Positions 58,880 to 64,000 of a stretch of 64,000 nucleotides of DNA are shown here, piece after piece. Below the pieces are notes generated by a model. It worked only from the letters and a program-made list of their open reading frames with translations. It did no database searches and had not been told where the DNA came from. The stretch is from Squalus acanthias (Eukaryota). Where the stretch lies: the NCBI GenBank assembly GCA_030390025.1, contig CM059432.1, forward strand, positions 11,408,001 to 11,472,000. Reading direction: 5' to 3'. A program made the position numbers and the translations under genes. The stretch's first letter is position 1. Every line of letters starts with the position of its first letter.

Positions 58880-61560
58880 CACCTAAAATGTGGTGCCCAG
58901 AATTGTATACAGTACTGCAGCTGAGGCCTAACCAGTGATTTGTAAAGGTTTAGCATGACTTCCTTGTTTTTGTATTCAATGCCCCTATTTACAAAGCCAA
59001 GTATCCTAGAGTGTTCGGACCTCTGTTATGAATTATTTTGACATAGTCACGAGAAATTATGTTGTTTTTTTCGATACCAAATTAGGAGGCATGGCAGACC
59101 GTGAGGGACATGGACATATTAGCAAAGTGGTCATACAAGTGGCAAATCCAGTTCAATACAGAGAAATGTGAAGTAGTACATTTTGAGAAAAAGAACAGTA
59201 AAAGGAAATATATCCTAAATGGTGAAATTCAAAACAGATTGGAGGAGCAGGGAGGTGTAGGGATGTGGATACATATATCTTTAAAGGTGGGAGTGCAGAT
59301 AGAAAAAGCCGCATAATATAAAACAAAGAGGCAAATGGGATTCATGTAACATGTAAGTGGGCAAAACAATGACAGATGACATTTAACAAGTGCAAAGTGC
59401 TGCACATATTCCATAAATGCTATTGAAATAGCTAATGAAGCTGAAAGAGCCATAGGAGGCTTGGTAGAAGTGACACTCAACATTACTAACCAGTGCAGAT
59501 CAGCAATCGGCAAAGCCAATGGAAAGGCTGAACTACATAGAAAAAGCAGTTGGATACCAAGTGAGAGGAGCTATACAAGTACTCAGGTCAGACCGCACCT
59601 TGAATGATGTGCCCAGTTTTAGTTGCTGAAATGCAATGGAGACATTTAATCAACATCACTAAAACAGATTATCTGGTTATTATCACATTGCTGTTTGTGG
59701 GAGCTTGCTGTGCGCAGATTGGCTGCCGCGTTTCCTACATTGCAACAGTGACTGCACTTCAAAAAAGTACCTCATTTGCTGTAAAGCGCTTTGGGACGTC
59801 CGGTGGTCGTGAAAGGCGCTTTATAAATGCAAGTCTTTCTTTTAAACACTGGAAGCAGTGCAGAGAACCACAACCTTGTGTGAAAGGTCTGGGTTTTGAG
59901 GAAAGACTGAAGAAACTTGAATTTTTCAGCCTAGGAAGGTGGTATCAGGGAGGTGATCTTCTAGAAGTATTTAAGATTGTTAAATAAGCAAATAGAAAAA
60001 GTAAATCAGGAATTTTACTTTATGAGATTGCGAGAGCAGGACAAGAGGCCATGGGTTCAAACTAGTAAATGGTTAAATTTAAAGCTGATATCAACACATG
60101 GAATAGACCTCCAGACATAGTCGAGACAAAACCCCTGGAATCATTTAAGAAACAATGGGATGCCACAATAGAGGGACTTCAGGATCTTTCTGGATGGACA
60201 CTTTTTGTGTCACTCCAGCACTTGGCAAGTTAACTGAACAGACATAGGTCCCTACGACACCAGTAAAAGCTCATTTATTTCAGTTTCAACATTGGTCCCT
60301 TGTTTTCCCAGTGTTTTCTGACATGGCATTTTCCTGCTGTTGAAAATACACGTCACAGTGTCTGGAATTGTATCCAGTGTGGTGCGTTTTTTTTTTCCAC
60401 ATTAGCTGCGCTGACTTCAAATTCATGGGATACGTTGGACAAAGCGTTTATTTTTTCAGTGAGGGTTGGAAGGTTATTTGATCGTGAAGAGCATGGCCCT
60501 CACCAAAGGTCCGCAATTGGTAACTTGCCAGCAGCGATCACCGGGTCGTGATCAGGAGTGAGAGCAATGGCTGATTTTTGCCTCACTCGCCAGGGCCACT
60601 GAGCTCCGTCGTAGCCCCTCTACTGCCTCCCAGCCTCGGATCAGCTAACTCCGAGTTGCTCAGGAATTAGCATAGACTAGGAATTAAACCTGGAAGCTTC
60701 TGGTTCATGTGACTTGGTTACATACTGTCTCTCCCACCTGACCCGTTGAGGGAAGACCTGTATTTCATTTTCTGATAATGCTAATCTGATTTAATTTTGG
60801 ATTACTCTGATTGCAGCATGATGTGAGAACATTCATCATTGCTAGAAATACATAGAAGTTATGATACAGAAAAAGGTCATTTGGCCCATCCAGTCCATAT
60901 CTGGCGTTGACCCTCCACACGAGCAAATAGTTCTAATCCTATTAATCCACCCTGTTCCTACATCTATTTTCATTCATCCGCCTGTCCAATCTAATCTTGA
61001 CACAGTTTCCGTCTCAACCACTAACCATGGAAGTGACTTCCACATCCTCACAGCTCTGTGTAAAGAAGTTTCTCCTGCACTCTATTCTAAACCTCTTACA
61101 TTTAATCTTGTATCTGTGGACCATCGTCCTTGACCCCTCAATATCCGAAACAGTCTTCTGTTTACCCTGTCCCAGCCTTTTATAATTTTAAACACTTCTA
61201 TTCTATTGCTCTGTAACGAAAAGAGACCTGCATTTTCAAGCCTTTGTATTTGTATTTCCTCATACCAGGCAGCTTTCTAGTGAATCTGCATTGAACCCTC
61301 TCTAAAGCCTCAAGACCCTTCCTTATAGTGTGCAGCCTGATACTGCACACAGTACTCTAACTGCGGTCTTAATAAAGTTTTATATAAGCTCGTCATTACC
61401 TTTTGCCTTTAATATTCTGTGCCTCTTGAGATAAAACCTAGAATTCTATTCGGTTTCTTTATCAGCTTATCCACCCGAGGTGCTGCCTTTAATATTCTGC
61501 GAGCCTGTACCCCCCCAAGTCCTTCTGCTCTTCCACAGCACTGAGACTACTGTTCTCAGA
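58880..61560. mobile_element. Degenerate CR1 fragments with an embedded SINE 3' half (59645-59840, +)
   Basis: KWQIQFNTEKCEVVHF, GDLLEVFKI fragments; SINE tail; CR1 3' end on - at 60850-61560. Confidence 0.65.
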
Positions 61561-62454
61561 AATAGGAGTAAGGTTTTCAACTAAAACAGTTGTTCCTTTT
61601 GCATAGGATCCAAACCTCGAGCCTATTGAAGATAAATAATGAGTGCAAGGTGTCTCACGCCCTAATTGTACAGTGTGCCCAGCTGTTCCTTTGAATGGGT
61701 AAAGGCAAAGAAGTTCTGCACCAACTCTCTAGGGCTCAACCCTCCATGCATTTCATGCTATAGTTTCACCTTGCTGGTCTCTTACCTTCTGTACAGTGGG
61801 GAGGGAAGGGAGCAGGTAACCTCTTCAGAAATAACCTGCTTCTCTTCAGGTTCGAGCATCTATGGACTGGGTGATGGGGGTAATATTTGCTGGTTAAACA
61901 TATTGAATGTGGTTCCATCAAGAATCTGAATATAATATTGAAGACACTGTTTTCCCACCGATTAACTAGCTGGTGATCACGATATTGTACTTGAATTGTT
62001 ACTCACAGAGAATGTTGAAGCAATCCCAGAACATTACACGTGAAACGATACCATGATTCAGCAGTGCTACAGGCAGAGTCTTTCTCATGAGTGAAATAAA
62101 CCCAGTAATGCGGTGTTATTAGTGCAGTGTATCGTTACAGAAAAGATGGTTCAAGCAAGTTAAGTAATGAATATTTTTTTTTGGCCAGGTTAAGACTCTC
62201 ACATCCTTTTGGAAATTATTTCCATGGGCCCCATAACATTTGTAGCTAAGAGGGTGAGCTCAAGAACTTTTTTCTTTAATTTGTTCTTGGATGTGGGAAA
62301 CTCTGCATTTATTGCCCATCCCTAGTTGCTCTGAGAAGGTGAAAGTGAGCCTTTTCCTTGAACCGCTGCCGTCCTTGTGCTGATGGTGCCCCCGTAGGAA
62401 ATTCCAGGATAGTGACCCAGTGATGAGGAAGGAATGGCGATATATGCTTAGAGG

Positions 62455-63670
62455 CGCAGGGCAAGGCTAGAATACTCAATGAGTACTTTGTATCGGTGTT
62501 TACTAAGGAGGTGATGCTGACAAAATATCGGGAGAAGTGGAAAAGGTAGAAGCAATGGAAGGGGTGAAAATTGATAGACAGGATGTACTAGAAAAGCTGA
62601 GTATGCTTAGAGTGGACAAGTCGCCTGGTCCAGATGGCTTGCATCCCAGGTTGCTAAGGGAATTGGGGGAAGAGATAGCGGGTGGGCTTGCCATAATTTT
62701 CCAATCTTCCCTAGATGCGGGGGAGGTGCCTGAGGATTGGAAAGTGGCAAATGTGACACCATTGTTCAAGAAAGGGTGTACAGACAATCCTTGTAACTAC
62801 AGGCCGGTCAGTTTAACATCAGTGGTGGGTAAAGTTTTAGAAACAATAATCAAGGAAAACATTAACGGGCACTTGGAAAGGTTTAAGCTAATTAAGCAGA
62901 GCCAACACGGATTTGTAAAAGGCAGATCGTGTTTGACTAATCTAATTGAATTTTTGATGAAATAACAGAGAGGATTGATGAAGGGAATGCAATGGATGTT
63001 GTCTACATGGATTTTTGGAAGGCGTTTGACAAAGTACCACATAGAAGGCTGGTTAACAAAATTGAGACTCATGGAATAGGTGGGTCAGTGGCAGCTTGGA
63101 TAAGGAATTGGCTTAAGGGCAGAAAAAATGAGTTGTGGTAAATGGCTGTTTTTCAGACTGGGGGATGATAGAAAGTGGTGTTCCCCAAGGGTCAGTGCTG
63201 GGGACACTGCTTTTTTGATATATATAAATGACCTGAATATTGGAATACAGAGTAGAATTTCTAAATTTGCCGATGACACCAAACTTGAGGGTGTGGCAAA
63301 CAGTGATGATGATACCAATCGACTGCAATAGGACATAGAAAGGCTAGCAGATGGAATTTAATACAGAGAAGTGTGAGGTGATGCATTTTGGTAGAAGGAA
63401 CAGGGAGAGGCAATATACACTTAATGGCACAGTTTTAAAGAGTGTGCAGGGACAGAGGGACCTGGGAGTTAATGTGCATAGGTCCCTGAAGGTGGCAGGA
63501 CATATTGAGAGAGTGGTTAACAAAGCATATGGGATCTTGGGCTTCATAAATAGAGGTATTGAGTACAAAAGTAGAGAAGTTATGCTGAACCTTTATAAAG
63601 CGCTGGTTAGACCACAACTGGAGTATTGCGTCCAGTTCTGGTCACCACACTTTAGGAAGGCCTGCAATAC
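62455..63670 (+). mobile_element. CR1 RT fragment
   Basis: KSPGPDGLHP, NYRPVSLTS, FADDTK, LYKALVRPQLEYC; frameshifted. Confidence 0.88.
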
Positions 63671-64000
63671 TTGAGCACATAATCCAGGCTGATACTCCAG
63701 TGCAGTGCTGAGGGACTGCTGCACTGTCGGAGGTGCCGTCTTCCGAAGGAGGCGTTAATCCGAGTCCTTGTCTGCTCTCTCAGGTGGATGCAAGAGATCC
63801 CATGGCACTATTTTGAAGAAGAGCAGGGGAGTTCTCCCCAGTGTCCTGGCCAATATTTATCCCTCAGCAAACAACACTAAAGCAGATGATCTGGTCATTA
63901 TCTCATTGCTGTTCGTGGGAGCTTGCTGTGTGCAAATTGGCTGCCGCGTTTCCTACACTACAACAGCGATTGTACTTCATTGGCTGTAATGCGCTTTGGG
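63671..64000 (+). mobile_element. Deu-domain SINE lacking its tRNA head, running off the window
   Basis: Central domain GAGATCCCATGGCACTATTTTGAAGAAGAGCAGGGG. Confidence 0.8.

Overview
Eukaryotic, repeat-rich vertebrate DNA. The repeat repertoire (CR1 LINEs, Deu-domain tRNA SINEs, Penelope-like elements) points to a cartilaginous fish. Three spliced genes are present: the last two coding exons and long 3' UTR of LDLRAD4 (+), the complete 7-exon PSMG2 gene (-, 268 aa), and the first three exons of CEP76 (+). PSMG2 and CEP76 are head-to-head around a ~1 kb GC-rich bidirectional promoter containing a tandem array of nine CCAAT/GC-box units. Much of the remainder is nested mobile DNA: many CR1/L2 fragments, a young CR1 with intact ORF1 and ORF2, a complete but decayed hAT transposon, several MITEs, and Penelope-like fragments. 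The main findings are (1) a canonical U_UUA_AAC -1 frameshift heptamer joining ORF1 to an AUG-less ORF2 in the young CR1, (2) several minimal hammerhead-ribozyme motifs in introns, (3) the CCAAT-array promoter, and (4) a PSMG2 splice acceptor whose upstream signals come from a CR1 tail. Gene and family identities rest on my recognition of protein motifs, not on database searches; repeat boundaries are approximate unless TSDs/TIRs are quoted.
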